Assembly: GCA_033763315.1 (NCBI GenBank)
Contig: JANRKS010000006.1
Coordinates: forward strand, 128,001-192,000
Reading direction: 5' to 3'
Length of the DNA: 64,000 nt
Source: Deltaproteobacteria bacterium
Lineage (GTDB): Bacteria; Myxococcota_A; Polyangia; Fen-1088
A program made the position numbers and the translations under genes. Below the pieces are notes generated by a model. It searched no databases. It was not told where the DNA came from and saw only the letters and a program-made list of their open reading frames with translations. Positions 29,426 through 38,921 of this stretch are shown here, one piece after another (positions within the stretch are counted from its first letter, which is position 1; every line of letters starts with the position of its first letter).

Positions 29426-30928
29426 ATGCGTGTTTCGTCCAAGATTCATGGCTTCATTTCACGTCGCCTGGGGAGCGTGGCTTTGTTTGGGCTGCTGTGC
29501 GCGGCTTGTGCGTCGTCGCCGAATCAGGGCGCTCACGGGGAAATGCCGTCAGCCAAGCGTCCCCCCAACATCATCTTCATCATGGCGGATGATCTTGGTT
29601 ACGGAGAACTGGGGGCTTATGGGCAGCGCACAATCAAAACGCCTCGGCTTGATCGCATGGCCGCGGAAGGCTTGAAGTTCTCAGATTTTTACGCCGGCAC
29701 AACTGTATGCGCTCCGTCTCGCGCCGTTCTCATGACCGGCCGTCACACGGGGCGTGTTTCCATCCGCGGCAACGCGAATAAGGAAATCCAAAAGCTTTCG
29801 CGCAGTGAAACGACCTTGGCCGAGGTGCTCAAGCCGGCAGGCTACAACACCGCGCTGGTGGGGAAATGGGGCATGGGTGAAGAAGGATCAGGCGCTCGCC
29901 CCAATGAGCGTGGCTTTGACTTCTTCTATGGCTATCTCAACCAGGTGCACGCGCACAACTATTACCCCGAGTTTGTGTGGCGCAATGACCGCAAGGAGCC
30001 CTTGCGCAACGTGGTTCAGCCCGCAAAGGAGGGTTACGGTGATTTCCAAGGCGGCTACGCGACCCAGAAGATCGACTACACACATGATCTGTTCATGAAC
30101 GAGGCAACCGCTTGGGTGCGTGGGCAAAACAAGCAGCCGTTCTTTCTGTATTTGGCACTCACCACGCCGCATGCGAACAACGAAGCCGCCAAAGAACTGG
30201 GCGATGGCCAAGAGGTGCCCGACTATGGCATCTACGCCGATCGCCCGTGGCCGAACGCACAGAAGGGTCAGGCGGCGATGGTTTCACGTCTCGACAAGGA
30301 CGTGGGACGCTTGCTGGATCTCTTGGTCGAGCTTCACATCGACAAAGACACGCTGGTGCTCTTTACCTCAGACAACGGGCCGCACGCCGAGGGTGGTTTT
30401 GACGTGGCGTCGTTCACACCTGCGGGGCCGTTGCGTGGCATCAAGCGAGATCTTTACGAGGGTGGCATTCGCGAACCCCTCATTGCATGGTGGCCTGGCA
30501 CCATCGCTGCAGGACGAATCAGTCGTCACGTTGGCTATTTGGGTGACGTGATGGCCACGGTGGCTGATCTGGCACGCGTTCCCGTTCCCGCCAACATCAA
30601 CAGCTTGTCGTTTGCCCCCGAATTGCGAGGCCAGCGGCAACCGCCGCACGAACATCTTTATTTTGAGTTCTATGAACAGGGCGGCAAACAAGCCGTGCGC
30701 AAAGGCCCATGGAAGGCTGTGCGTGCAGGCCTCGGGCAGGGGCCGTTGGAACTTTATGACCTTGAAAAGGATCTTGGTGAGTCACAGGACGTGGCTGCGC
30801 TTCACCCTGACATCGTGGAACAGATGATCACCATCATGGCGGAAGAACACGTGGAAGATCCGCGCTGGAAGGTGGGGGGCCATGCGCCGCCACCGCCGCC
30901 GCCTGGGCATGGCCGCGCTCCGTTCTAA
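29426..30928 (+). CDS. Arylsulfatase (S1 family), probable lipoprotein
   Basis: PPNIIFIMADDLGYG, CAPSRAVLMTG, GKWG, FTSDNG, YEGGIREP, ELYDL. Confidence 0.93.
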   Translation: MRVSSKIHGFISRRLGSVALFGLLCAACASSPNQGAHGEMPSAKRPPNIIFIMADDLGYGELGAYGQRTIKTPRLDRMAAEGLKFSDFYAGTTVCAPSRAVLMTGRHTGRVSIRGNANKEIQKLSRSETTLAEVLKPAGYNTALVGKWGMGEEGSGARPNERGFDFFYGYLNQVHAHNYYPEFVWRNDRKEPLRNVVQPAKEGYGDFQGGYATQKIDYTHDLFMNEATAWVRGQNKQPFFLYLALTTPHANNEAAKELGDGQEVPDYGIYADRPWPNAQKGQAAMVSRLDKDVGRLLDLLVELHIDKDTLVLFTSDNGPHAEGGFDVASFTPAGPLRGIKRDLYEGGIREPLIAWWPGTIAAGRISRHVGYLGDVMATVADLARVPVPANINSLSFAPELRGQRQPPHEHLYFEFYEQGGKQAVRKGPWKAVRAGLGQGPLELYDLEKDLGESQDVAALHPDIVEQMITIMAEEHVEDPRWKVGGHAPPPPPPGHGRAPF

Positions 30929-30997
30929 AGGTTCAAAGCGAAGCGTGCCCACTAGACGGCACAGAAATCCAACCGCGCTCGCCCTATGCGTCTCTCG

Positions 30998-32389
30998 TTA
31001 CGAAAACACGTCGCCGAACGAAGACTGTGTGTTGCGCGGCAGCTCGATCGTGAACAACACGCTGTCGTCGGGCCAGCTGGCTACGCCCAAGACGCCATTG
31101 ACCCGGCGGATGAGCTCGCGCGCAAAAAACAATTCGATGCCCAACCAATCATAAAGCTCTGGGTTGCCCGCTCGTCCGGCCAATGCGGCCGCCGCGTGCG
31201 AGCCATCGAGGCCGTGATAACGGACTGACACGCGGGCCAAGGGCCCGTGTTTTTCAAGGCTCACCAGCACGGGACCTTCGCAGCCGTGGCGCAATGCCAG
31301 CCGCAGCGTGTGTAAGAACGCCGCTTTGGTGCTTTCCTCATCCACCCGCCCGAACACAGCGCCCTGCGCTTTGAAGGTTACGGGCCCACTGCTGTGCTCG
31401 CTTTGGGTGCGCACCTGCGCGATGCAGTCGCCGATGAGATCCGTGAGATCAACCGTGCGAGGGTGCAGCACCGCCGGCGCGGCCAACAATTCAGCCACGG
31501 CGTCCAGACGGGCTTGCAGGTGCTGTAAGCGATCCCATGCCTCCTCCGTTTCCGTCCCAGGCTGCGCCTGCCGATGAAGCTGTAAAACCGAGGCACGCAG
31601 TTGGCGCGCCACCATTCCGATCAAGCGATCGCGCAGATCGATACCGCGCGATAGGTTCACAGCGACACGTCGGTAATGTTCGATTTCGTGCTGCAGCGTT
31701 GTGCTCACGGGCGCTTCCTCGTTGGGATCACGGCTGCGCAGCAATTGGTGGATCACCCAATCCAGTTGGCGCGCGTCTGTGGGCGAGCGATCGTCACGAA
31801 ACGCGTTGGGATCGAAGAAGGCGTTGGTGCACAAACGATCGCCCAGCAATACATGCGGGTGGACCGTGATCAGATCGCGCAGCGTGTGTGGATCCACGTG
31901 TGCTTTTGCGTAGACGCACAGGCTGGTCAGGTCGCCGCACTCTTGGTGCAGGTCGCACACGTTGGTTTCATAAACCAATAAGGCACGCGGCTCTGATACG
32001 GGTGGATGGCCGGCCATCCGCGTTCCGGAAAAACCGAGAGCGCGGGACTTTTCGCTGTTGCGTCGCAACAGCGCGGGCACGCGCGCCAGATCCATGGCCG
32101 TGTGGCCATAAACGTCGTGGGGCGAAAACAGCGCCAACTGTTGGGACGCTAGCAACGCGCCCGCATTCCAGCCTTCAGTGGCGATGGCTTGCAGCATCAC
32201 GCCATGAAGTTCGTGGGGCGCGGCCAGCAGCACGCGCTCGTTGCGTTGCAGTCCGGCCGCAGCGTATTGCACTAACACCGTGGTGCGCGCTTCGTCCGTG
32301 ACGAACGGCATGCACACGTGATCCCCGGGGCCCACGCGGTGAACCTCTGTTCCCGCCAGGGCCACCGACCCTTTTTGATAACCGTCCAT
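30998..32389 (-). CDS. MEDS-domain protein with degenerate histidine-kinase C-terminus
   Basis: GDHVCMPF, GLQRNER, SLCVY and HPHV motifs of MEDS; HisKA/HATPase-like C-terminus lacks the H, N, G1 and G2 consensus residues. Confidence 0.75.
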   Translation of the reverse strand: MDGYQKGSVALAGTEVHRVGPGDHVCMPFVTDEARTTVLVQYAAAGLQRNERVLLAAPHELHGVMLQAIATEGWNAGALLASQQLALFSPHDVYGHTAMDLARVPALLRRNSEKSRALGFSGTRMAGHPPVSEPRALLVYETNVCDLHQECGDLTSLCVYAKAHVDPHTLRDLITVHPHVLLGDRLCTNAFFDPNAFRDDRSPTDARQLDWVIHQLLRSRDPNEEAPVSTTLQHEIEHYRRVAVNLSRGIDLRDRLIGMVARQLRASVLQLHRQAQPGTETEEAWDRLQHLQARLDAVAELLAAPAVLHPRTVDLTDLIGDCIAQVRTQSEHSSGPVTFKAQGAVFGRVDEESTKAAFLHTLRLALRHGCEGPVLVSLEKHGPLARVSVRYHGLDGSHAAAALAGRAGNPELYDWLGIELFFARELIRRVNGVLGVASWPDDSVLFTIELPRNTQSSFGDVFS

Positions 32390-32524
32390 GTTCCCCCCAA
32401 TGGCGCACGTTTTCCCCGCAAAAGGGGACCCCGCCGCCAACCATACAGAACTGCCTCGCTGCCTATTTAACTCGGTTTGGTCAGCCCACGCCAGTTTAAC
32501 AGAACCAAATCTGACGCCCGGTCG

Positions 32525-32974
32525 CTACCTCGGAAACTGACGAGCCGCTGAATCCAAAATGCCATTAACGAACGGTGCCGCTTCGGCGGTTCCGTAACGT
32601 TTGGCAAGCTCAATGGCTTCGTTGATCACCACCTGCGTCGGTACGTCCAGGTGATACCGAAGCTCGTAAAAAGCTAAGCGTAAGATGCAACGGTCGACGC
32701 GTGTCATGCGCTCCACGCGCCAGTTGCGCGATACCTGCCCCAACCCCTCGTCAAGCTTGGCACGCTCACGACCCACGCCCACAACCAGCTTCATCACCCA
32801 ATCGCGCTCGATGGGCTCTCCGCTGCGCATGATCGCGTTCTCGTCTTCCACGGCACCAGAGAGCTCAGAAAAATAAAGCGCGGCAGCGCTGTCCGCCGCC
32901 AGTTCGGGATTGGCGTCGAGCTTGAATAAGATTTGAAGCGCGATTTCTCGCGAGCGTCGACGAAGGCCGGCCAT
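32525..32974 (-). CDS. nusB: Transcription antitermination factor NusB
   Basis: RRRSREIALQILF, VDRCILRLA, VVINEAIELAKRYG, FVNGILD; follows ribH. Confidence 0.96.
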   Translation of the reverse strand: MAGLRRRSREIALQILFKLDANPELAADSAAALYFSELSGAVEDENAIMRSGEPIERDWVMKLVVGVGRERAKLDEGLGQVSRNWRVERMTRVDRCILRLAFYELRYHLDVPTQVVINEAIELAKRYGTAEAAPFVNGILDSAARQFPR

Positions 32975-33001
32975 TGTGTCTGTTCTAAAAAGCCACGTGA
33001 T

Positions 33002-33487
33002 CTACTTGGCGAAAGCCGTGGCGTAAAGCTGCGCCATCTCAACAACCACCATCGCCGCGTCGAAACCGCGGTTGCCCGCTTTGCTTCCGGCCCGCTCTAT
33101 AGCTTGCTCCATGTTTTCGCACGCCACAATGCCATTGCCCACGGCCACTTTGCCTTCGGCGGCAATCGCAGCCACGGCGGCGGTGGCTTGGCCCACAACG
33201 AGATCGAAATGCGGCGTGGCCCCGCGGATCACAACGCCTAAGCAAACGATGCCGTCGAAGCGGCCACCATCGGCAATGCGGCGGGCGATGCCCGCGATCT
33301 CGAAGGCGCCCGGGCAGCGAAAGATCTGCAGATCTTGTTCTTTGGCGCCGGTGCGCACGAAGGCATCCACAGCACCGTCCAGCAAGCGGTCAACCATGAA
33401 GTCATTGAAGCGAGACGCGACGATCGCGAATTTGCGACCAACGGAGGAAAGTTGGCCAGCGTGAGTTTTAATGAGGTCGTTCGGCAT
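33002..33487 (-). CDS. ribH: 6,7-dimethyl-8-ribityllumazine synthase
   Basis: AIVASRFN, PGAFEI, LGVVIRGATPHFD, EQAIERAG. Confidence 0.96.
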   Translation of the reverse strand: MPNDLIKTHAGQLSSVGRKFAIVASRFNDFMVDRLLDGAVDAFVRTGAKEQDLQIFRCPGAFEIAGIARRIADGGRFDGIVCLGVVIRGATPHFDLVVGQATAAVAAIAAEGKVAVGNGIVACENMEQAIERAGSKAGNRGFDAAMVVVEMAQLYATAFAK

Positions 33488-33519
33488 GAGATGACTTTCG
33501 TAAGAGTAACGCCTGGGGG

Positions 33520-34680
33520 CTAACCTTGCGAATCGCGCAACGAAACCACGGTCGCGGCGGGCCGGCTGCCCACGCACTCCACCACCTGCATGCCAAAGCC
33601 ATCAAGCCCGGCGATGCGGCGAGGGTTGTTTGTGAGCAAACGTATCTTGCCCACCCCAAGGTGAGCCAACACTTGAGCACCCAGCCCGAAATCACGTAAC
33701 GGTGCCTCGGGTTGTTCATCGCTCTTGATGGCTACACCCGTAGGTGTTTTCGCAGGCAGGTCCCGCAGCCAGGTTGAGGTTGTGGGCGGAATGACATACA
33801 GAAACACGCCGAAACCAGCCTCTTCGATCGACCGCATCCACACCGTGGGCGACGGATCGTTGCCAGGCACCGCAGCGCCAAACACGTCTCGCAACGCGGA
33901 CGCGGTTTGCACCCGCACCAGCGTTGGGTGATCCGCTTGCGGCTGGCCCAAGACCAATGCCAGATACTCGGTGGCATCGACGTCCGTTTGATAACGAATG
34001 GCCCGCCACCCTCGGCGGCCTTCGCCCAACGCAAGCGGTGCCTCGGCCACACACCGCACCAGCAGTTCTTTGTCCAAACGGTATTGAATGAGGTCCGCGA
34101 TCCGCACAATCCCCAATTCGTGTTTGTCGGCAAAGTCTTCCAAATCGGGGATGCGCGCCATTTCGCCGTCTTCCCGCATGATTTCGCAAATCACGCCTGA
34201 TTCGGCGCGGCCTGCCAAACGGGACAAATCAATGGCTGCCTCGGTGTGGCCCGAGCGCACCAACACGCCGCCGCGGCGAGCGCGCAAGGGGAACACGTGG
34301 CCCGGCGCCACCAGGTCTTCACCACGCGTTTTCGGATCCACAGCCACGCGAATCGTATGCGCCCGCTCAGGCGCGGAGATGCCGGTGGTGACGCCGTCGC
34401 GGGCATCGATGCTCACCGTAAACGCCGTGCCTCGCTGTGATTGGTTGTTGGGCGTCATCATCGGCAGGCCCAACGCATCCACGCGATCTTCGTTCATCGC
34501 CAAGCAGATGAGGCCGCGGCCGTGGGTGGCCATGAAGTTGATGGCTTCGGGCGTGATCAGATCCGCCGCCATGGTCAGATCGCCCTCGTTCTCGCGGTCT
34601 TCGTCGTCAACCACGATCACCATGCGTCCCGCGCGGATTTGTTCAAGGGCTTGGGGGATGGTGAGCAGTCTCTTAGGCAC
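33520..34680 (-). CDS. ribBA: DHBP synthase fused to a degenerate GTP cyclohydrolase II domain (RibBX-type)
   Basis: DDEDRENEGD, AFTVSID, TTGISA, GHTEA and CEIM in the RibB part; the C-terminal domain keeps RLLTNNP and DFGLGAQ but lacks the Zn-binding cysteines; GTG start with GGAG RBS. Confidence 0.92.
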   Translation of the reverse strand: MPKRLLTIPQALEQIRAGRMVIVVDDEDRENEGDLTMAADLITPEAINFMATHGRGLICLAMNEDRVDALGLPMMTPNNQSQRGTAFTVSIDARDGVTTGISAPERAHTIRVAVDPKTRGEDLVAPGHVFPLRARRGGVLVRSGHTEAAIDLSRLAGRAESGVICEIMREDGEMARIPDLEDFADKHELGIVRIADLIQYRLDKELLVRCVAEAPLALGEGRRGWRAIRYQTDVDATEYLALVLGQPQADHPTLVRVQTASALRDVFGAAVPGNDPSPTVWMRSIEEAGFGVFLYVIPPTTSTWLRDLPAKTPTGVAIKSDEQPEAPLRDFGLGAQVLAHLGVGKIRLLTNNPRRIAGLDGFGMQVVECVGSRPAATVVSLRDSQG

Positions 34681-35353
34681 GGTTCGTTCTCCGTTTGGCG
34701 CGCGTCGGTGAGGGTTGTGGCGTGTCCCGGGACTCAAGGTAGAGGCTGGTCACGCGGATCACATGTTTGGCCATGAGATCCGTCTCGATATTGACACGGT
34801 CATGCGGGCAAAGCTCGCCCAGGGTCGTCATGGCCAGGGTGTGGGGAATGAGCATCACTTGAAACTGGCGGCCTTTGACCCAATTGATGGTGAGGCTGAC
34901 GCCGTTGATGGCCACGGAGCCTTTCGGAATCACGGCCTTCGCGAGGGCCGCGGGCAGTTGAACCACGAGCTCGTGCGCCTGCCCCACGGCCTGGCTCTTC
35001 TTAACGACGCCCTGGCCGTCCACATGCCCGGAAACCATGTGCCCGCCTAAGGAATCGCCCAGCCGCAAAGCGCGTTCCAGGTGCACCCTTTGCCCCACCT
35101 TGAGCGCCTGCAAAGTTGTGATGGCCAGCGTCTCCGGCCCCAAATCGGCGGTGAACAAAGTGCCAGCGCGCCGCTTTTGCTTTACCGGTGTTTTGCTGGT
35201 GATCGTCAAGCACACGCCATCGACGGCCACGCTTGCGCCCAGGCCCAGTGCGGTCAAATCCAACGTGGTGAAGACCGCTAGCCGGGCCACGCCGTCCGTG
35301 CGCGGCTCGATCGCGGTGACTTCGCCCAAGTTTTCAATGATGCCGGTAAACAC
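34673..35353 (-). CDS. ribE: Riboflavin synthase alpha chain
   Basis: GTG start (M)FTGIIE, GASVAVDGVCLT, LERAL, GGHMVSGHVDG, KGSVAINGVSLT, IPHT. Confidence 0.95.
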   Translation of the reverse strand: MFTGIIENLGEVTAIEPRTDGVARLAVFTTLDLTALGLGASVAVDGVCLTITSKTPVKQKRRAGTLFTADLGPETLAITTLQALKVGQRVHLERALRLGDSLGGHMVSGHVDGQGVVKKSQAVGQAHELVVQLPAALAKAVIPKGSVAINGVSLTINWVKGRQFQVMLIPHTLAMTTLGELCPHDRVNIETDLMAKHVIRVTSLYLESRDTPQPSPTRAKRRTNRA

Positions 35354-35393
35354 GCGTCGAAGAATGTAGGGGGCGGGGCAGGGGTGCGCAAAA

Positions 35394-36569
35394 TCATTTG
35401 CGACGGCGGCCCGCCGGCGCCACGTCCGCCGTGACGAGCAGATCGGGCCCAAGCGGCGTGAATTGCAGGTTAGACAACGGCAGCAGCGCGTCCGTGCCCA
35501 GCCCGCGCCCCGTAACCACCGGTACGCCGCCGCCCGCGAGTTTCGGCGCAAAAAACGCGGCCACCCGGTCCACAAGGCCAGCCGCAACAAAAGCGGCGTG
35601 AACGTGGCTGCCGCCTTCGACCAACAGAGATTGCACCCCGCGCTTGGCCAACACGCGCACTGCGGGGCCCAGGGCCACGCCGTGCGTTCCTGGGGGCACC
35701 AAGGCAACCTCCGCACCGGCGGCTTCCAGCGCCCGCCGACGACGTGCGAACGCCGCTCGCGCGGCCTTTTCAGGCTCGGCAGCCAGCAACAACGGGGGCG
35801 GCACTCCCTCAGCCTTGGCCAGCAGCCGTGCCGAAGGAGGCGTGCGCAAGTGCGTGTCCAGCACCACGCGCAAGATGGCGTGGCTACCTCCGGGGGGCAG
35901 CCGTTTTGCGCGCACAGTGAGTTGGGGATCGTCAGCCAGAACCGTGCCGTGCCCCACCAAAATGGCGTGGTGTTGCGCGCGCAGGCCGTGTGCGTACGCC
36001 AGGGCCGCTTTGCTGGTGATGGCGAGCGGCGCGCGTCCCTTGCCTACCTCGGCGTTTTCCTGACCGATGACACCATCCAACGTGGCCGCGTATTTCAGCG
36101 TCACCAACGGCCGTTGGTGCTCTATCCAGCAGAAAAACGCCCGGTTGATCGCTGTGCATTCGTCCTGCAGGCACCCAACGTCAACGCGGATGCCGGCCCG
36201 GCGCAAGCGTGCGATGCCGGCGCCATTCACAACAGGGTTGGCGTCGCGGCAGCCCACCACCACCCGCGCCACTTTGGCCGCAATCACCGCGTCGGTACAG
36301 GGACCGGTGCGGCCCGTATGGCAGCAAGGTTCCAGCGTCACGTATAAAGTTGACCCTTGCGCCGCGCTGCCCGCAGCACGCAGTGCCTCCGCTTCAGCGT
36401 GTGGTTTGCCGGCCCTGCGGTGATACCCGGTGGCCACCACGCGCGTGCCCTTGACCACCACGGCCCCCACCGCAGGGTTGGGCGTTGTGCGACCTAGCGC
36501 CTTGCTTGCGTGCAGCAAGGCCAGCTGCATGAAGCGCTCGTCTTTGTTGGGGGTAAGGCGCGTCGGCAT
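35394..36569 (-). CDS. ribD: Bifunctional riboflavin deaminase/reductase
   Basis: PNPAVGAV, PHAE, TLEPCCHTGRTGPC, ADDPQLT, VEGG. Confidence 0.96.
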   Translation of the reverse strand: MPTRLTPNKDERFMQLALLHASKALGRTTPNPAVGAVVVKGTRVVATGYHRRAGKPHAEAEALRAAGSAAQGSTLYVTLEPCCHTGRTGPCTDAVIAAKVARVVVGCRDANPVVNGAGIARLRRAGIRVDVGCLQDECTAINRAFFCWIEHQRPLVTLKYAATLDGVIGQENAEVGKGRAPLAITSKAALAYAHGLRAQHHAILVGHGTVLADDPQLTVRAKRLPPGGSHAILRVVLDTHLRTPPSARLLAKAEGVPPPLLLAAEPEKAARAAFARRRRALEAAGAEVALVPPGTHGVALGPAVRVLAKRGVQSLLVEGGSHVHAAFVAAGLVDRVAAFFAPKLAGGGVPVVTGRGLGTDALLPLSNLQFTPLGPDLLVTADVAPAGRRRK

Positions 36570-36575
36570 GCGGCC

Positions 36576-37112
36576 TTAGGGCTTCGAAGGCTCACCACTG
36601 GAACTGGAGGCACCTTCAGAAGCGCCGGGCCCCGCCGGGGAGCCATGTTTCTCCCCCTTGCTCGCCTGCATCAGCCGTTGCACCTCGTTCATCAATTCGC
36701 CCAGATCCTTGAACGAAAGGTAAACGGAAGCAAAACGCAGGTAGGCCACTTCATCGAGCCGGCGCAGGGTGGACAACACCGCGTCCCCAATCTTGGACGC
36801 CACCACCTCTTTTTCGCCCAAATCCTGCAGAGTTTTTTCAATCTCCTCGATGGCCTTGTCTTGGGCTTCGATGGAAACGGGGCGCTTTTCGCAGGCCTTG
36901 CGCACGCCCGCCTGCACCTTGCTGCGGTCGTAGGGTTCGCGCCGCCCGTCCTTCTTGACGATGAGCGGCATCTCCTGCTCGACGCGTTCATAGGTCGTGA
37001 AGCGTCGGTTGCACGTGGCGCACTCGCGGCGGCGACGGATCACCTGGTCGCCATCGCTGGGACGGGTGTCAACCACGCGGTCTTCTAAGGCCGAACAAAA
37101 TGGACAACGCAT
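36576..37112 (-). CDS. nrdR: Transcriptional repressor NrdR
   Basis: MRCPFC, IRRRRECATCNRRFTTYE, ATP cone, VAYLRFASVY. Confidence 0.97.
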   Translation of the reverse strand: MRCPFCSALEDRVVDTRPSDGDQVIRRRRECATCNRRFTTYERVEQEMPLIVKKDGRREPYDRSKVQAGVRKACEKRPVSIEAQDKAIEEIEKTLQDLGEKEVVASKIGDAVLSTLRRLDEVAYLRFASVYLSFKDLGELMNEVQRLMQASKGEKHGSPAGPGASEGASSSSGEPSKP

Positions 37113-37165
37113 TGTCGAGGAGTGTGGGCAAGGTACTCGGTTCGTGCGCTATCTTCTAGCCCCCA

Positions 37166-38152
37166 ATGAGCGAACTACGATTGACAGTCAATGGCGCCCC
37201 CGAAACCGCACCTCTGGGCGCCACCGTGGCAGACCTTTTGGTGCGCATGGGCATTGACCCCTCCCGCGTGGCCATTGAACGCAACGAAGACGTGGTCCCG
37301 CGCAAAACGTGGGCCGAAACCCCTTTGCACGAAGGCGATCGCGTTGAGATCGTGGCGTTCGTGGGCGGTGGCAGCGATGGCCCCGCCGATCCGTTGGTGA
37401 TTGCGGGCCGTGCGTTTAAGTCTCGTTTGTTGATTGGCACCGGCAAGTACAAGTCGATCGAAGAAACCCGCCAGGCCATCGCGCTGTCAGGCGCGGACAT
37501 CGTGACCGTGGCCCTGCGCCGCGTGGATCTGACGCCGGGCAAGCCGAACGTTTTGGACGCCATCGATCGCAGCCGCATCACGATTTTGCCCAACACCGCG
37601 GGCTGCTACACCGCCGAAGACGCCATCCGCGTGTGCCGTTTGGCGCGCGAGTTGGGCGTGGGCGACATGGTGAAGCTCGAGGTGATCGGCGATCCCGATA
37701 CGTTGTTTCCCGATGGCGAGGCCACGCTGCAAGCGGCGAAGGTGCTGGTCAAAGAAGGCTTCATCGTCTTGCCCTACTGCATGGATGACCCGATTTTGGC
37801 GCGGCGGCTGCAAGACGCAGGCTGTGCAGCCGTGATGCCGTTGGCCGCTCCGATTGGTTCAGGCTTGGGGATCCGCAACCCGTATAACATCCGCATCATT
37901 CTCGAAAAGGCGACGGTGCCGATCATCGTCGACGCCGGCGTGGGCACCGCCAGCGACGCCGCCGTGGCGATGGAATTGGGCTGCCAAGGCGTGCTGATGA
38001 ACACCGCGATCGCAGGGGCACGTGATCCGTTGCTAATGGCCGAAGCGATGCGCGACGCTGTGCTCGCAGGGCGCAAGGCCTTCCGTGCGGGGCGCATCGC
38101 TCGCAAACTCTACGCCACGGCGTCTTCACCTGAAGAAGGCGTAATCGAGTAA
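37166..38152 (+). CDS. thiG: ThiS-ThiG fusion (sulfur carrier plus thiazole synthase)
   Basis: N-terminal ThiS (LTVNG...VAIERN...[13 protein letters not shown]) in frame with ThiG ([37 protein letters not shown]). Confidence 0.95.
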   Translation: MSELRLTVNGAPETAPLGATVADLLVRMGIDPSRVAIERNEDVVPRKTWAETPLHEGDRVEIVAFVGGGSDGPADPLVIAGRAFKSRLLIGTGKYKSIEETRQAIALSGADIVTVALRRVDLTPGKPNVLDAIDRSRITILPNTAGCYTAEDAIRVCRLARELGVGDMVKLEVIGDPDTLFPDGEATLQAAKVLVKEGFIVLPYCMDDPILARRLQDAGCAAVMPLAAPIGSGLGIRNPYNIRIILEKATVPIIVDAGVGTASDAAVAMELGCQGVLMNTAIAGARDPLLMAEAMRDAVLAGRKAFRAGRIARKLYATASSPEEGVIE

Positions 38153-38156
38153 CGCT

Positions 38157-38810
38157 GTGGCGGCGCCGCACGTTTACGTGATCACGGACCGTCGGGTCAC
38201 GGGTGGCCGCTCGCTGCCTGCCGTGATCGAATCCGCGCTGGCGGGCGCCGCTGCCGTTAAAGACGTGCGCATCGCCGTGCAGCTACGTGAGAAGGATTTG
38301 GGCGGTGCCGCCTTGTACGAACTTGGGCAGCAACTCAGGCCGATCACGCAGCGCTATGGCGCCGCCCTATTCATCAACGGCCGCGTCGATGTGGCGTTGG
38401 CGTGTGGGGCCGATGGCGTTCATTTGGGCGAAGGCGCGCTGCCCGTGGGGGTGGTTCGGCAGGTGGCGCCGGGCCTGCGCGTGGGTCTGTCCACGCACAC
38501 GGTGGCCGACGTGCAGAACGCGCAGCGCTTGGGCGCCGACTTTGTGGTGTTTGGCCCCGTCTTCGCCACGCCCAGCAAGGCCGCTTTTTTGGCGGCGCGC
38601 GGGCTTGATGAACTGAGTGCGGCTGCAGCCACGCCGATTCCCGTGCTGGCGTTGGGCGGGGTCGAAACGCAGAATGTGGCGGCGTGCGCTGGGCATGGCG
38701 CGTCGGGTGTGGCCGTGATTCGGGCGGTGCTTGCCAGCGCGGATCCAGGCGCGGCGTTGCTGGCGCTGCTGCAGCGGTTCCAGTCGTCTCGTGTGGCTGA
38801 CAGCGTCTAG
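38157..38810 (+). CDS. thiE: Thiamine-phosphate synthase / TenI family protein
   Basis: YVITDR, VQLREKD, ADGVHLG, GLSTH, FGPVFATPSK, ALGGV; lies directly after thiG. Confidence 0.85.
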   Translation: MAAPHVYVITDRRVTGGRSLPAVIESALAGAAAVKDVRIAVQLREKDLGGAALYELGQQLRPITQRYGAALFINGRVDVALACGADGVHLGEGALPVGVVRQVAPGLRVGLSTHTVADVQNAQRLGADFVVFGPVFATPSKAAFLAARGLDELSAAAATPIPVLALGGVETQNVAACAGHGASGVAVIRAVLASADPGAALLALLQRFQSSRVADSV

Positions 38811-38921
38811 CTATTTCGCTTGACGTCCCTCCGTGAACGCCTAACTTTCCCCGCCGAGGGTGTGGGTCTTGTCACGACCTGCAGGGGTAGGTGGTTTTTG
38901 TCCGATTGGAGGAGGAATGAT

